Assembly: GCA_963668175.1 (NCBI GenBank)
Contig: OY764159.1
Coordinates: forward strand, 1,088,001-1,152,000
Origin: Syntrophales bacterium
GTDB lineage: Bacteria; Desulfobacterota; Syntrophia; Syntrophales; PHBD01
Direction: 5' to 3'
Length of the DNA: 64,000 nucleotides
Shown: positions 49,398 through 58,783 of the stretch, piece by piece
Layout of the letters: the number at the start of each line of letters is the position of its first letter
How positions within the stretch are numbered: the stretch's first letter is position 1
Notes under the pieces: generated by a model
Told to the model about the DNA's origin: nothing
The model's input: only the letters and a program-made list of their open reading frames with translations
The model's database searches: none
Translations under genes and position numbers: made by a program

Positions 49398-50429
49398 ATG
49401 AAGTTCATCGACGAAGCCAAAATATTCGTTAAAGCCGGCCACGGAGGTAAAGGCTGTGTGAGCTTCAGGCGGGAGAAATTCGTGCCGAAAGGCGGACCGG
49501 ACGGCGGCAACGGCGGCAAGGGCGGCGATGTCGTGATTATCGCGTCGGCGACCCACCAGACGCTCCTCGATCTGAAGTACAGGCAGCATCATGTCGCCAA
49601 GCACGGCGGGCACGGAGAGGGCGGCAATCGGACCGGGAAAAACTCGGACGATGTTGAAGTCGTTGTACCGGTTGGGACGGTTATTCGGGATTCTGCAACC
49701 GGAGATTTGCTGGCCGATCTCATCAGCGACGGCGAGCGGTTCATCGTCGCCAAGGGCGGCATCGGCGGCAAAGGCAACGCCCATTTCGCAACGGCGACAA
49801 ACCGTGCCCCCCGTTATGCCCAGGACGGCACAGTCGGCGAAGAACGTTGGATCAACCTCGAATTGAAGCTCCTGGCAGATGTCGGGATTATCGGTCTGCC
49901 CAATGTCGGAAAATCGACCTTTATATCCAGAGTCTCGGCAGCGAAGCCCAAAATCGCCGATTATCCCTTCACAACCCTCAAACCGAATCTCGGCGTCGTC
50001 CGGATCGACGATAACGAAACCTTTGTGGTGGCGGACATTCCCGGCCTGATCAAAGGCGCCCACCAGGGAGCGGGGATGGGAACCCAGTTCCTCCGTCACA
50101 TCGAAAGGACCTCCCTCTTGCTCCATATCCTCGATATATCGCAGGAAGAAGAAAGGGATGCCTGGGACGACTACGAGACCGTCAACCGGGAACTCGCCAT
50201 GTTCGGACCGGCGTTGCTTGCGAAGCCGCAAATCGTCGGCGTCGGCAAAACCGACTTGCCTAATACCCGAGAAAGGGTTAAAGAAGTGACAGAAACGTTC
50301 CGGAAAAGAGGGATCAGGATATATCCTTTCTCTGCGGCAACCGGCAAGGGCGTTGCCGACGTTATCAAGGAAATGGCGAGACTGCTGCAACAAAACAGGG
50401 GTGCTATAAAAGAACATGGATACGATTAG
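49398..50429 (+). CDS. obgE: GTPase Obg
   Basis: FRREKFVPKGGPDGG, GLPNVGKST, YPFTT, DIPG. Confidence 0.98.
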   Translation: MKFIDEAKIFVKAGHGGKGCVSFRREKFVPKGGPDGGNGGKGGDVVIIASATHQTLLDLKYRQHHVAKHGGHGEGGNRTGKNSDDVEVVVPVGTVIRDSATGDLLADLISDGERFIVAKGGIGGKGNAHFATATNRAPRYAQDGTVGEERWINLELKLLADVGIIGLPNVGKSTFISRVSAAKPKIADYPFTTLKPNLGVVRIDDNETFVVADIPGLIKGAHQGAGMGTQFLRHIERTSLLLHILDISQEEERDAWDDYETVNRELAMFGPALLAKPQIVGVGKTDLPNTRERVKEVTETFRKRGIRIYPFSAATGKGVADVIKEMARLLQQNRGAIKEHGYD

Positions 50430-51567
50430 GAAGAATGTTCTGTCCAAGGCGAAGAGAGTCCTGATCAAAATCGGCAGCGCCGTTCTGACGGGATCGGACG
50501 GACTGGACCGCCAGATCATCGATCAACTTGTCGACGAGATGGCGTCGTTGGAACGGTCGGGCCACCAGATCGTCATCGTGACGTCCGGCGCCATCGCTTC
50601 CGGCAAGCATCGGATGGGGTTAACCGGTCCTTTGAAGAGCATGCCCCAGAAGCAGGCGGCTGCGGCCATCGGCCAGGGCAGGCTGATGCGCGTCTACTCC
50701 AACGCCTTCGGCAGGCACAACCTGTATGTGGCCCAGATTCTTCTGATCAGCAGCGATCTCACCGACCGGAAGCGTTACATCAACGTCAAGAATACGTTGA
50801 CGACGCTCATGGATTGGAGCGTCATCCCTATCATCAACGAGAACGATTCCGTTGCCGTCGACGAGATCAAGTTCGGCGACAACGACCATCTGGCCGCCAT
50901 GATCGCGAATCTCATGGAAGCGGATCTGGTCGTCAACCTGACGATCACGGACGGGTTGTACGACAAGAATCCGGAGAAATCGAAGAAGGCCAAAGTGATC
51001 AGCCTGGTGAAGGAATTCACCGACGATATCGAATCCGCGGCCACCAAGGAGACCTCCGACGTCGGCAGCGGAGGTATGAGAAGCAAGGTCCTGGCGGCGA
51101 AAAAAGTGGTGGCCTCGGGAATACCGTACATCATAGCCCCCGGTAAAAGGAAGAACATACTGACGGACATCTTTGCCGGTGAGGAATTGGGAACGCTCTT
51201 CCTGCCGTCGAAACAGCACCTGAACAGCAGAAAATACTGGATCGCCTTCACCTTGAGATCGCGGGGCCGACTCGTCCTCGACGAAGGGGCCAAGAAGGCC
51301 CTCGTCGGAGGGGGAAAGAGCCTGCTGCCGTCCGGCATCGTCGATGTCGAAGGTGAGTTCGGCATCGGCGATCCTGTCGTTTGCGTCGATTGCGACGGAA
51401 TCATCCTGGCCAAGGGGCTTGTCAGCTATTGTTCTGCGGACATCAAGAAAATCATGGGCTTAAAGACGAATAAGATTGAGCAGGTCCTGGGATACAAGGA
51501 TTACGATGAGGTGATCCACCGGGACAATCTTGCCGTCAACAAGGAAAGCAGGAAAGTCAAGGCGTAG
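50416..51567 (+). CDS. proB: Glutamate 5-kinase with PUA domain
   Basis: KIGS, AAIGQ, NEND, FGDND, SLLPSG. Confidence 0.97.
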   Translation: MDTIRKNVLSKAKRVLIKIGSAVLTGSDGLDRQIIDQLVDEMASLERSGHQIVIVTSGAIASGKHRMGLTGPLKSMPQKQAAAAIGQGRLMRVYSNAFGRHNLYVAQILLISSDLTDRKRYINVKNTLTTLMDWSVIPIINENDSVAVDEIKFGDNDHLAAMIANLMEADLVVNLTITDGLYDKNPEKSKKAKVISLVKEFTDDIESAATKETSDVGSGGMRSKVLAAKKVVASGIPYIIAPGKRKNILTDIFAGEELGTLFLPSKQHLNSRKYWIAFTLRSRGRLVLDEGAKKALVGGGKSLLPSGIVDVEGEFGIGDPVVCVDCDGIILAKGLVSYCSADIKKIMGLKTNKIEQVLGYKDYDEVIHRDNLAVNKESRKVKA

Positions 51568-51867
51568 CAGTATCCCCCCGTCCTTTGCCGCCGGCCCCCG
51601 TCGGATTCACGGACCGGCCTCAAATGGATTGCAGTACCTGCCCTGGGTCGACCAGACCCGTCGATGAACGGACGCCCATCCATCCCGTTGATGCCTGAAG
51701 TCCGGATCGATAGCCCGGGAGCGTTTCGGCGGGAGATGAGCGCGTTTCGTCGGTCCGTCGGCGGTCAATAACGCCGTTACGGTCGGGACCGGACCGACAA
51801 ACAGGATTGACATTGACGGCGTCGATTTGTATAAAACAGCCATGCATGACGAGGAGACAAGCGGGCC

Positions 51868-52539
51868 GTGAAGCGTTTAAAGCCCGGTTTTACGATTACG
51901 ATTGCTTTTGAGACGGGCGATGACGGCCAGCGTCTGAAGACCATGGTTTATGATGTCCAGGGAAAGAGTCTCGTCCTTTCCCAGACCTCGCCGCCCATGC
52001 TCCAGTCCCATGTAGGCAAATGGGTCAAAGTATCCTTTGCTATTACCAGGAAGAGTTTGCAGGACATCCACCTCGTTTTCGCCGCAGAAATCGTCGATTG
52101 CCAGAACGATTATGAGATATCGCCCTCTCAGAACGTTCCGGTCATCATGCTCGAACAGAAGACCGATCTGGAGGAGATCAACTCGAGACAATTCTGCCGA
52201 ATCCGGCCGCCCGGCAACAGCAATCTGACGGTGATGATGGGCGACGATAAGATCAGCATCCTCGACATTTCCCTGGGGGGGGCCCGCCTGGCGCAGACCG
52301 GCAAGGAAGACCGCCTGCAGATGAATCAGAAGATCAATATGGCCTTTCTGATCGACGGCAGAGTCTTTAAAACGCGTGCGAAGCTCGTCCGGGTGGAAGA
52401 GGAGCGTAATGACGCACGCTCCTCCCAGGTTCAGGTTTTTGCTGTCCAGTTCGATGCCGTCGACAAGGATTTCGAACGGTTTCTCTTTAAGAAGATCATG
52501 ATGATGGAAAGGCAGATTCTGGGCGAACAAAACAGCTGA
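51868..52539 (+). CDS. PilZ-domain c-di-GMP receptor (YcgR-like)
   Basis: RQFCR (RxxxR) and DISLGG (DxSxxG). Confidence 0.85.
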   Translation: MKRLKPGFTITIAFETGDDGQRLKTMVYDVQGKSLVLSQTSPPMLQSHVGKWVKVSFAITRKSLQDIHLVFAAEIVDCQNDYEISPSQNVPVIMLEQKTDLEEINSRQFCRIRPPGNSNLTVMMGDDKISILDISLGGARLAQTGKEDRLQMNQKINMAFLIDGRVFKTRAKLVRVEEERNDARSSQVQVFAVQFDAVDKDFERFLFKKIMMMERQILGEQNS

Positions 52540-52562
52540 CCCCCGGATTCGCTTCCCACAAG

Positions 52563-53126
52563 CTATCCGCCCCAGAGATGCTCGCTCAGGATTTTAAGAC
52601 CGATTCCGATCAGAACGAGACCTCCCAGAACTTCCACCTTTTTCCCGAATATTTTACCGAGTCTTCCGCCGAAGAACATGCCCGCCGCCGTCATCAGGAA
52701 CGCGGTGATACCGATGACAACACAGGGAAAGACGATAGGGACCTTCAGGAGGGCGAAGCTGAATCCCACGGCCAGGGCATCGATGCTGGTGGCAATCGAA
52801 AGCAGGACAAGCTTCCATCCCTGGGTGGGGTCGGAAACCCCTTGCTCGTCTCCGGTGCGGCGGGCGTCTGCGATCATCTTGCCTCCCACGTAGGCGAGAA
52901 GCCCGAAGGCGATCCAGTGGTCATACCCGGAAATGAGATGGGCTATGGACCCGCCCGCAAGCCAGCCGACGAGCGGCATGAAGAACTGAAACAGGCCGAA
53001 ATGGAAGGCCAGGCGGAGGGCTGCCCTGAAAGCATCCTTTCTCTGAACGACTCCGATACTGATGGCGACGGAAAAAGCGTCCATGCCGAGTGCCACGGCG
53101 ACGACTATGATAGACAGGATATCCAC
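52563..53126 (-). CDS. mntP: Manganese efflux pump MntP
   Basis: ALGMDAFSV, FGLFQ, DHW, ATSIDALAVG. Confidence 0.93.
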   Translation of the reverse strand: MDILSIIVVAVALGMDAFSVAISIGVVQRKDAFRAALRLAFHFGLFQFFMPLVGWLAGGSIAHLISGYDHWIAFGLLAYVGGKMIADARRTGDEQGVSDPTQGWKLVLLSIATSIDALAVGFSFALLKVPIVFPCVVIGITAFLMTAAGMFFGGRLGKIFGKKVEVLGGLVLIGIGLKILSEHLWGG

Positions 53127-53278
53127 AAAACCTCACAGTCCGATATGTATGAATGCCGCATCCCGTATTCCAGGCCGGTCCCCGGCGTCAGTCACAAGCC
53201 GGAGGCGGGATGGCGACGGCTATACGGAATAGGTTGTTTTTCGCCGGAGAGGGCAATGCTTCACCGATGCCCTGTTCC

Positions 53279-55150
53279 TCATGTCTCCGGGATTTCACCG
53301 TCGGGCGGACGGTTGAAGAAGCCATGGATCGTCTCGGCGAGCTTCCGACCGATACCGGGAACTTCCTGAAGTTCTTCCACGGATGCCTCCCGGACCTTCC
53401 GGGTATTTCCGAAATATTTGAGCAACGACGTCTTCTTCCGTGTGCCTATTCCCGACATACCGTCCATGACCGAAACCAGGTCGGCCTTCTCTTTCACATT
53501 CCGGTGGTACGTGATGGCGAAGCGATGGGCCTCGTCCCTGATCCGCTGGAGCATGAAGAGGGCCGCCGGCCAACGGGAGAGGTAGACCGGGTCCTTCTTC
53601 TGCGGCAGGTAGACGCGATCCTGCCCCTTCTGCAGCGCGGCGGACCGGCCGAAAGGACCATCCGCTGTTTCGACGCCGCTTTCGTTCCTCGCCTTGGCCA
53701 GGCTGATCACATCGACGCCGTCGATGCCCAGGTCCTTGATCACCGAAAGGGCGACCGAAAGATGACCCTTTCCCCCGTCGATGACGATCAGATCGGGCAG
53801 ATTCTCCCCGGTTTCATACCGGCGTTTCAGCATCTCGTAGATCATCCCGTAATCGTCGGACCCCTCGACAGTCCTGATGCGGAACCTTCGATAACCCTGC
53901 TTCCAGGGCTGGCCGTCTTTGAAGACGACCATGGAACCCACGGCAAAGCGGCCGCCGATATTGGAAATGTCGAAACATTCGATGCGGGCCGGTAGATTCT
54001 TCAGCTTGAGTTTCTGCCGGAGGATCGCCATGGCTTCGTCACGGTCGCGGCCGGCGAGACGCTCCGTCCGGAAGGAGTCCTCGGCGTTATGCATGGCAAT
54101 GTCGAGGAGCTTCCTGGTCTGTCCCTTTTGGGGATGAACGATGGATGCGCGTTTTCCCCTTCTGTCGGACAGCCATTCCTCCATGACATCCTCGTCTTCG
54201 AGGACGAAGGGGACGACGATTTCGGCAGGGATGTAGGCGCCGCCGTCGTAGTGCCGCTTGATCGTCGCCGACAGGATTTCGGATGTTTCCGTTCCGATTT
54301 TCGCCAGGGGAAACGTCTTTTTCCCCAGCAGCTTGCCCTGACGGACATCGAGCAAACATACCTGCGTCAGGTCGCCTTCCCGATATATTCCGAATACATC
54401 CTGTTCTCTTTCGGATACGGAGGCGATTCTCTGCTTCTCGACGGTCTCCTCGATGGCGGCCATGCGGTCCCGGAGTCTGGCCGCTTCCTCGAAACGGAGA
54501 TCCGAGGAGGCTGTATGCATCCTGGCGCGAAGTTCGGAGACGAGCGTCCCGGTCCGTCCTTCGAGAAAGGCGATACTTTCCCGCGCTATTTCTCCATAGG
54601 CGGCCGCATCGACGAGGCCCACGCAGGGGGCCAGGCAGCGGCCGATCTCGTATTCGAGGCATGGCCGCCTTCTCGCCTTCAGTTCCTCGTCGCGGCAGGT
54701 TCGCAGAGGGAACAAGGGTTGAAGAAACCGCAGGGTCTCCCTGGCCGAAGAGCTTGATGGGTAAGGACCGAAGTACTTGGCCTTTCCGGGCTTCGGCCGT
54801 CTCACCAGCTGGAACCGCGGAAAGGGGTGGTCGAGGTCGATCTTCAGGTTGAAGTAGGTCTTGTCGTCCCGGAAGTAAACATTGTAGCGCGGCCGGTGTT
54901 CCTTGATAAGGTTGTTTTCGAGGATGAGGGCTTCCTTCTCCGTCGCGGTGACGATGAAGTCGATATCGGCCGTCCTGGCCACGAGAAAAGGAACCATCGG
55001 GCGGGCATCCGTCCCGCCAAAATAAGCCCGGATCCTGCTTCGCAGATCCTTGGCCTTACCGACGTAGAGTATCCGCCCGTCCTTGTCCTTCATGGCATAG
55101 ACGCCGGGCGTCCGGGGGGCGTTCGTGATCTTGTCGTTTATATTCCTCAT
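53279..55150 (-). CDS. uvrC: Excinuclease ABC subunit C
   Basis: GIY-YIG motif (PGVY...YVGKA), IECFDIS, IDGGKG, RDEAHRFA, HhH. Confidence 0.98.
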   Translation of the reverse strand: MRNINDKITNAPRTPGVYAMKDKDGRILYVGKAKDLRSRIRAYFGGTDARPMVPFLVARTADIDFIVTATEKEALILENNLIKEHRPRYNVYFRDDKTYFNLKIDLDHPFPRFQLVRRPKPGKAKYFGPYPSSSSARETLRFLQPLFPLRTCRDEELKARRRPCLEYEIGRCLAPCVGLVDAAAYGEIARESIAFLEGRTGTLVSELRARMHTASSDLRFEEAARLRDRMAAIEETVEKQRIASVSEREQDVFGIYREGDLTQVCLLDVRQGKLLGKKTFPLAKIGTETSEILSATIKRHYDGGAYIPAEIVVPFVLEDEDVMEEWLSDRRGKRASIVHPQKGQTRKLLDIAMHNAEDSFRTERLAGRDRDEAMAILRQKLKLKNLPARIECFDISNIGGRFAVGSMVVFKDGQPWKQGYRRFRIRTVEGSDDYGMIYEMLKRRYETGENLPDLIVIDGGKGHLSVALSVIKDLGIDGVDVISLAKARNESGVETADGPFGRSAALQKGQDRVYLPQKKDPVYLSRWPAALFMLQRIRDEAHRFAITYHRNVKEKADLVSVMDGMSGIGTRKKTSLLKYFGNTRKVREASVEELQEVPGIGRKLAETIHGFFNRPPDGEIPET

Positions 55151-55195
55151 GCCGATTTCCGGGGCCCATGATCGTCTTTAAGACCCGTCCTGCTC

Positions 55196-55528
55196 CTACT
55201 TCTTCTTCGAGGCCTTTTTCGCCTGCTTGGCCAGGGTTTTGAGCATTTTCTTGTCTGTTTTGTCAATGGCCGTACCGGACGGGACGGGGGAGGGAGGGGT
55301 ACCGACTTCCCCTTCGGGGCCGGTGACCTTCACATCGGCCTGGGGGATGTCGTTCGGGACAGGAGGAAGGGACGGACCGGCAGGGGACGGATCGGCCTTT
55401 TGCGCCCGCATTTTCGCCAGGACCGCCTGTGCAAGGACCTTGCCGAAATGGCCTATAAAAGCCGCCACGAGGACGATCAGAACCCATTGAATAACGGACC
55501 AGACACTGAATTCCATAACATCATGCAA
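55196..55528 (-). CDS. Small membrane protein with Pro-rich linker and Lys-rich tail
   Basis: QWVLIVLVAAFIGHFGK TM segment; lies in operon position between mobB and uvrC. Confidence 0.65.
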   Translation of the reverse strand: MHDVMEFSVWSVIQWVLIVLVAAFIGHFGKVLAQAVLAKMRAQKADPSPAGPSLPPVPNDIPQADVKVTGPEGEVGTPPSPVPSGTAIDKTDKKMLKTLAKQAKKASKKK

Positions 55529-55592
55529 AATACTTATCGGACCATGACCATATCCCTGCCGCTTTCCGGCGATGACGGCTGAGTCCGAGGTC

Positions 55593-56084
55593 TTATTTGA
55601 GAAACCGCTCCTCGATGAAATCGGCCAAACCCCTGGCGTCGTCGATGTCGAAACGCGGCACCCCGGCCTCCGGGGGATTGTCGCCGGCGATGGCGATCAG
55701 GTTGTCTTCCGCCTGACAAAGCAGATCCCGTTTCAAAACCGCCCGGAAGACCTCGATTTTGGGATGGGGGTTTTTCTTGAAACCCTCCGACAGGATCAGG
55801 TCGACGTTGCGGATATAGCGCTCCCGAAGCTCCGCGATCTCGAAGTCGGTGTCCGTGTCTTCTATGGTGGCCACCTGGTGGGGGGAAGCCACGACGGTCA
55901 GCACCGCCCCCGCTTTCTTGTGGCGCCAGCTGTCCTTGCCTTCATGGTCGATCTCGAATCCGTGGCGGTTGTGCTTGATCGTGGCGATCCGGTAGCCCCT
56001 GGCGGTCAGGTCGCGGATGAGCTTCTCGATCAGGGTGGTCTTCCCCGAGTTCGACTTGCCGACGATGGATACAATGGGAATCAT
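55593..56084 (-). CDS. mobB: Molybdopterin-guanine dinucleotide biosynthesis protein B
   Basis: GKSNSGKTT, IKH, GKDSWRH, EGFK. Confidence 0.93.
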   Translation of the reverse strand: MIPIVSIVGKSNSGKTTLIEKLIRDLTARGYRIATIKHNRHGFEIDHEGKDSWRHKKAGAVLTVVASPHQVATIEDTDTDFEIAELRERYIRNVDLILSEGFKKNPHPKIEVFRAVLKRDLLCQAEDNLIAIAGDNPPEAGVPRFDIDDARGLADFIEERFLK

Positions 56085-56094
56085 CCGTCTTTTC

Positions 56095-56397
56095 TCATCC
56101 CCGGGGAACGAAAGGTTTGAATTCGTATTCCTTGTCGCGGACGGCGAACACCATCCGTTCCTCCTCGTTGACTTTCATTCTCCCTTCGATGACGCGTTTG
56201 CAGCCGAAGTCGTAGAAGGTGATCTGGTGGGAGGGCACGCTCGCCTCGTCCAGGTCGGGGTACGACCTCTCCCGTTCATCCGCCGACAGTGCCCTGACGG
56301 TCAGCTTCTGGCATCGTTCCCGCTCCTCCGCATTGCCTAAGCGGATGATGACGACGTAGTTTCCGTGAAATTTGATCGGCATCCTGATCGTTTCCAT
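56095..56397 (-). CDS. Hypothetical protein
   Basis: GGAGG RBS before ATG 56397; operonic spacing. Confidence 0.65.
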   Translation of the reverse strand: METIRMPIKFHGNYVVIIRLGNAEERERCQKLTVRALSADERERSYPDLDEASVPSHQITFYDFGCKRVIEGRMKVNEEERMVFAVRDKEYEFKPFVPRG

Positions 56398-56456
56398 GGT
56401 TTCACCTCCGGGCATTTATGATGGGTCCAAAAGCGACAATAAACGACTTTAGCGGC

Positions 56457-57440
56457 CTATCTCAATGAATCGTCGATGATGCGGGATACGGCATCTTTGA
56501 AAGAGATCCCGGCCTCTTCGACGCACCAGGCAAAACCGCCGTCCGGCGAGAGGCAGGGGTTTGTGTTGATTTCCATGACCCAGGGCGTGCCGTTCTTGTC
56601 CACCCGGAAGTCGACGCGGGCATAACCCTTGAGGCCGAATGCCTCCCAGCACCGGTTCGTCATATCTTTCAGGCGGGAAAGAAGAGGACCGTCTTCCTCC
56701 GTGAAATCGAAACACGCGAGGATGTTCTGGAACTCGAACGATTCTTCGTCCCATTTTGCCCGGTAGGTGAGGAGCTTTGGCTTTCCTTCGGGATAGTTGT
56801 TGAAGCGGACTTCCGCCGGGGGAAGGATCTGATGGCCCCCGTCTCCGGCGAGAACGGCCAGGTTGAATTCCCGCCCTTCGATAAAAGGTTCGGCCAGACA
56901 AGGCCCGCCGAGCTTGGTCCTGAAATCGTCCAGGGCCTTGCGGAGTTGCTCGGGGCTGGAGACGTCGACAAGGGAACTCTCGTCGATTCCAATGGAGGCG
57001 TGTTCCCAGACCGATTTGACAATATAACGGCCCCCGGAAAAATCGCCGTCGGCGCCGTCGCCGTGCGACCGCCAGGGGATGGTCGGGATGCCGGCCCCTT
57101 TCAATATTTTCTTGGCGACGATTTTGTTGGATGTCATGAATATCGCCTCGGCGGTAGCGCCGGTGTAGGGTATGCCGATCGTGTCGAGGACGGAGGGCAC
57201 GACGTGAATGAGGTTGCCGCGCCCGTTGAGCGCTTCCACGAGGTTGAAGATGGCGTCGGGGCCGACGGCAGCAAGGGTTTCGGCCATTCGGGCGAGATTC
57301 ATGGACACAGGGACGGGCACGGGCTCGTGCCCGAGCTCCTTCAAGGTTTCGGAAATGATATCCACCTGGTCCAGGGTATCGAGCTCGTCTACGCTCGCCT
57401 CGTCGGGAATTTCGCCGTGCAGCACAACTATTTTCATCAA
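56457..57440 (-). CDS. D-Ala-D-Ala-ligase-like ATP-grasp protein (non-canonical), copy 2
   Basis: FNLVE, PYTG, K..S..EHASIGI, FIEGREF, YARVDFR, EINTNP. Confidence 0.88.
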   Translation of the reverse strand: MMKIVVLHGEIPDEASVDELDTLDQVDIISETLKELGHEPVPVPVSMNLARMAETLAAVGPDAIFNLVEALNGRGNLIHVVPSVLDTIGIPYTGATAEAIFMTSNKIVAKKILKGAGIPTIPWRSHGDGADGDFSGGRYIVKSVWEHASIGIDESSLVDVSSPEQLRKALDDFRTKLGGPCLAEPFIEGREFNLAVLAGDGGHQILPPAEVRFNNYPEGKPKLLTYRAKWDEESFEFQNILACFDFTEEDGPLLSRLKDMTNRCWEAFGLKGYARVDFRVDKNGTPWVMEINTNPCLSPDGGFAWCVEEAGISFKDAVSRIIDDSLR

Positions 57441-57643
57441 CAGGACTCCTCATGACGCTCTTGGATAAAGCCGACGGACCACATTCCCGCCGTTCTTACG
57501 GCGTTGTCCGTTCAGTCCGCATTCTGCTTCGCTCCCCATCTCCGGCCGCTACGGCTGCGTGACAGAATTCCGGCCAGGGGAGAAAAGCAGTTACCGTATA
57601 TTCGTTCATACTCTTTTTGCGAATTTTTTTAAAGACGGCAAAA

Positions 57644-58633
57644 TCAAATTCGCTTTTTTTCGCCGAGACGCTTGCAGGCCGATGCTAACATTCTGCCGAT
57701 GAGGTCCTGGTAGGATATGCCGGCCAGACTGCAAATAATGGGGAGATCGGAGTGTACAGGGTGCAGTCCCGCCAGGGGATTGACTTCCAGGAAGTGGAGG
57801 GCTCCATTGTCGTCGGCGCGAAGGTCGACCCGTCCGCCGTCGCGGCAACCCAAACCCCGCCAGGCCGCCAGGGCGATTTTTTTAGCGTCGTCGGCCAATG
57901 TACCGTCGAGAAGCCGGTACTCCACGCGTTCCCGGTAGTTTTCCTTGTTGGCATACGAGTAGATGTCCTTCTCGGCCTTCTCCTTGAGGAATATCTCCAG
58001 GATGCCCAGTACCTCAGCCTCTTCTCCCGTGCCGACGATGCCGACGGTGAATTCCCGGCCGGGGAGAAATGTCTCCACAAGAAGCGGCTGTTCCTGAGAG
58101 GAAAGCAAGCACCGGCATGTTTGGGAAAGTTCGGCGAACGATTCCACCCGGGAGGATGCGTCGATGCCCTTGCTGGTGCCCTCGGCAACCGGTTTGACAA
58201 ACAGGGGATAGGGCAGCCGGACGGCCTCTATGTCCTTTTCGTCTGCGACGACGGCAAAGGCGGGAGTTGCGATGCCGAGGTCGCGGATAATATGCTTGGT
58301 CATTCCCTTATGGAGCGTGACAGCGAGCACCAGGGCGTCGGAAAAGACATAGGGTATCCGGTAGGCGTCGAGGAGGGCCGGTACCTGGGCTTCCCGGCCA
58401 TAACCGTACAGGCCTTCCGCAATATTGAAGACCATATCCCAGCGATCGCCCGAGGAGAGTCGCTTCGCCAGGGCCTTGACGGAGCCTATCCGGTCGGTCT
58501 GATGCCCTGAAGCCGACAGGGCCGCGTCGATGGCTTCGATCGTGTCGGGACGGTCGAATTCGGCCGTCTCCATCTCGGTGTAGCCTTCCGAAAGGTAGTC
58601 GTTACGCAGGTCGTAAGTGATGCCGATCAGCAT
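57644..58633 (-). CDS. D-Ala-D-Ala-ligase-like ATP-grasp protein (non-canonical), copy 1
   Basis: FNIAEG, KPVAEGTSKGI, FLPGREFTV, RVDLR, EVNPLAGL. Confidence 0.88.
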   Translation of the reverse strand: MLIGITYDLRNDYLSEGYTEMETAEFDRPDTIEAIDAALSASGHQTDRIGSVKALAKRLSSGDRWDMVFNIAEGLYGYGREAQVPALLDAYRIPYVFSDALVLAVTLHKGMTKHIIRDLGIATPAFAVVADEKDIEAVRLPYPLFVKPVAEGTSKGIDASSRVESFAELSQTCRCLLSSQEQPLLVETFLPGREFTVGIVGTGEEAEVLGILEIFLKEKAEKDIYSYANKENYRERVEYRLLDGTLADDAKKIALAAWRGLGCRDGGRVDLRADDNGALHFLEVNPLAGLHPVHSDLPIICSLAGISYQDLIGRMLASACKRLGEKKRI

Positions 58634-58783
58634 CGGCTATCCTCCAGCAATCTTAGCCGTCGCCGTTTTCCGCAATTTCCCGCTTCTTCCGTGCGGGGGC
58701 GGCAGGCCGGAACGGCACGGAACCGTCCGCAGTCTTCCTCTCCGGACCGCGGCAGCGGATAATTACAGGTACGACAGGGTACG

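Noticed and set aside
53127..53278. Expected yybP-ykoY Mn riboswitch upstream of mntP
   Set aside because: GC hairpins are possible, but I could not find the conserved GGGGAGTA and CAAGACC elements.
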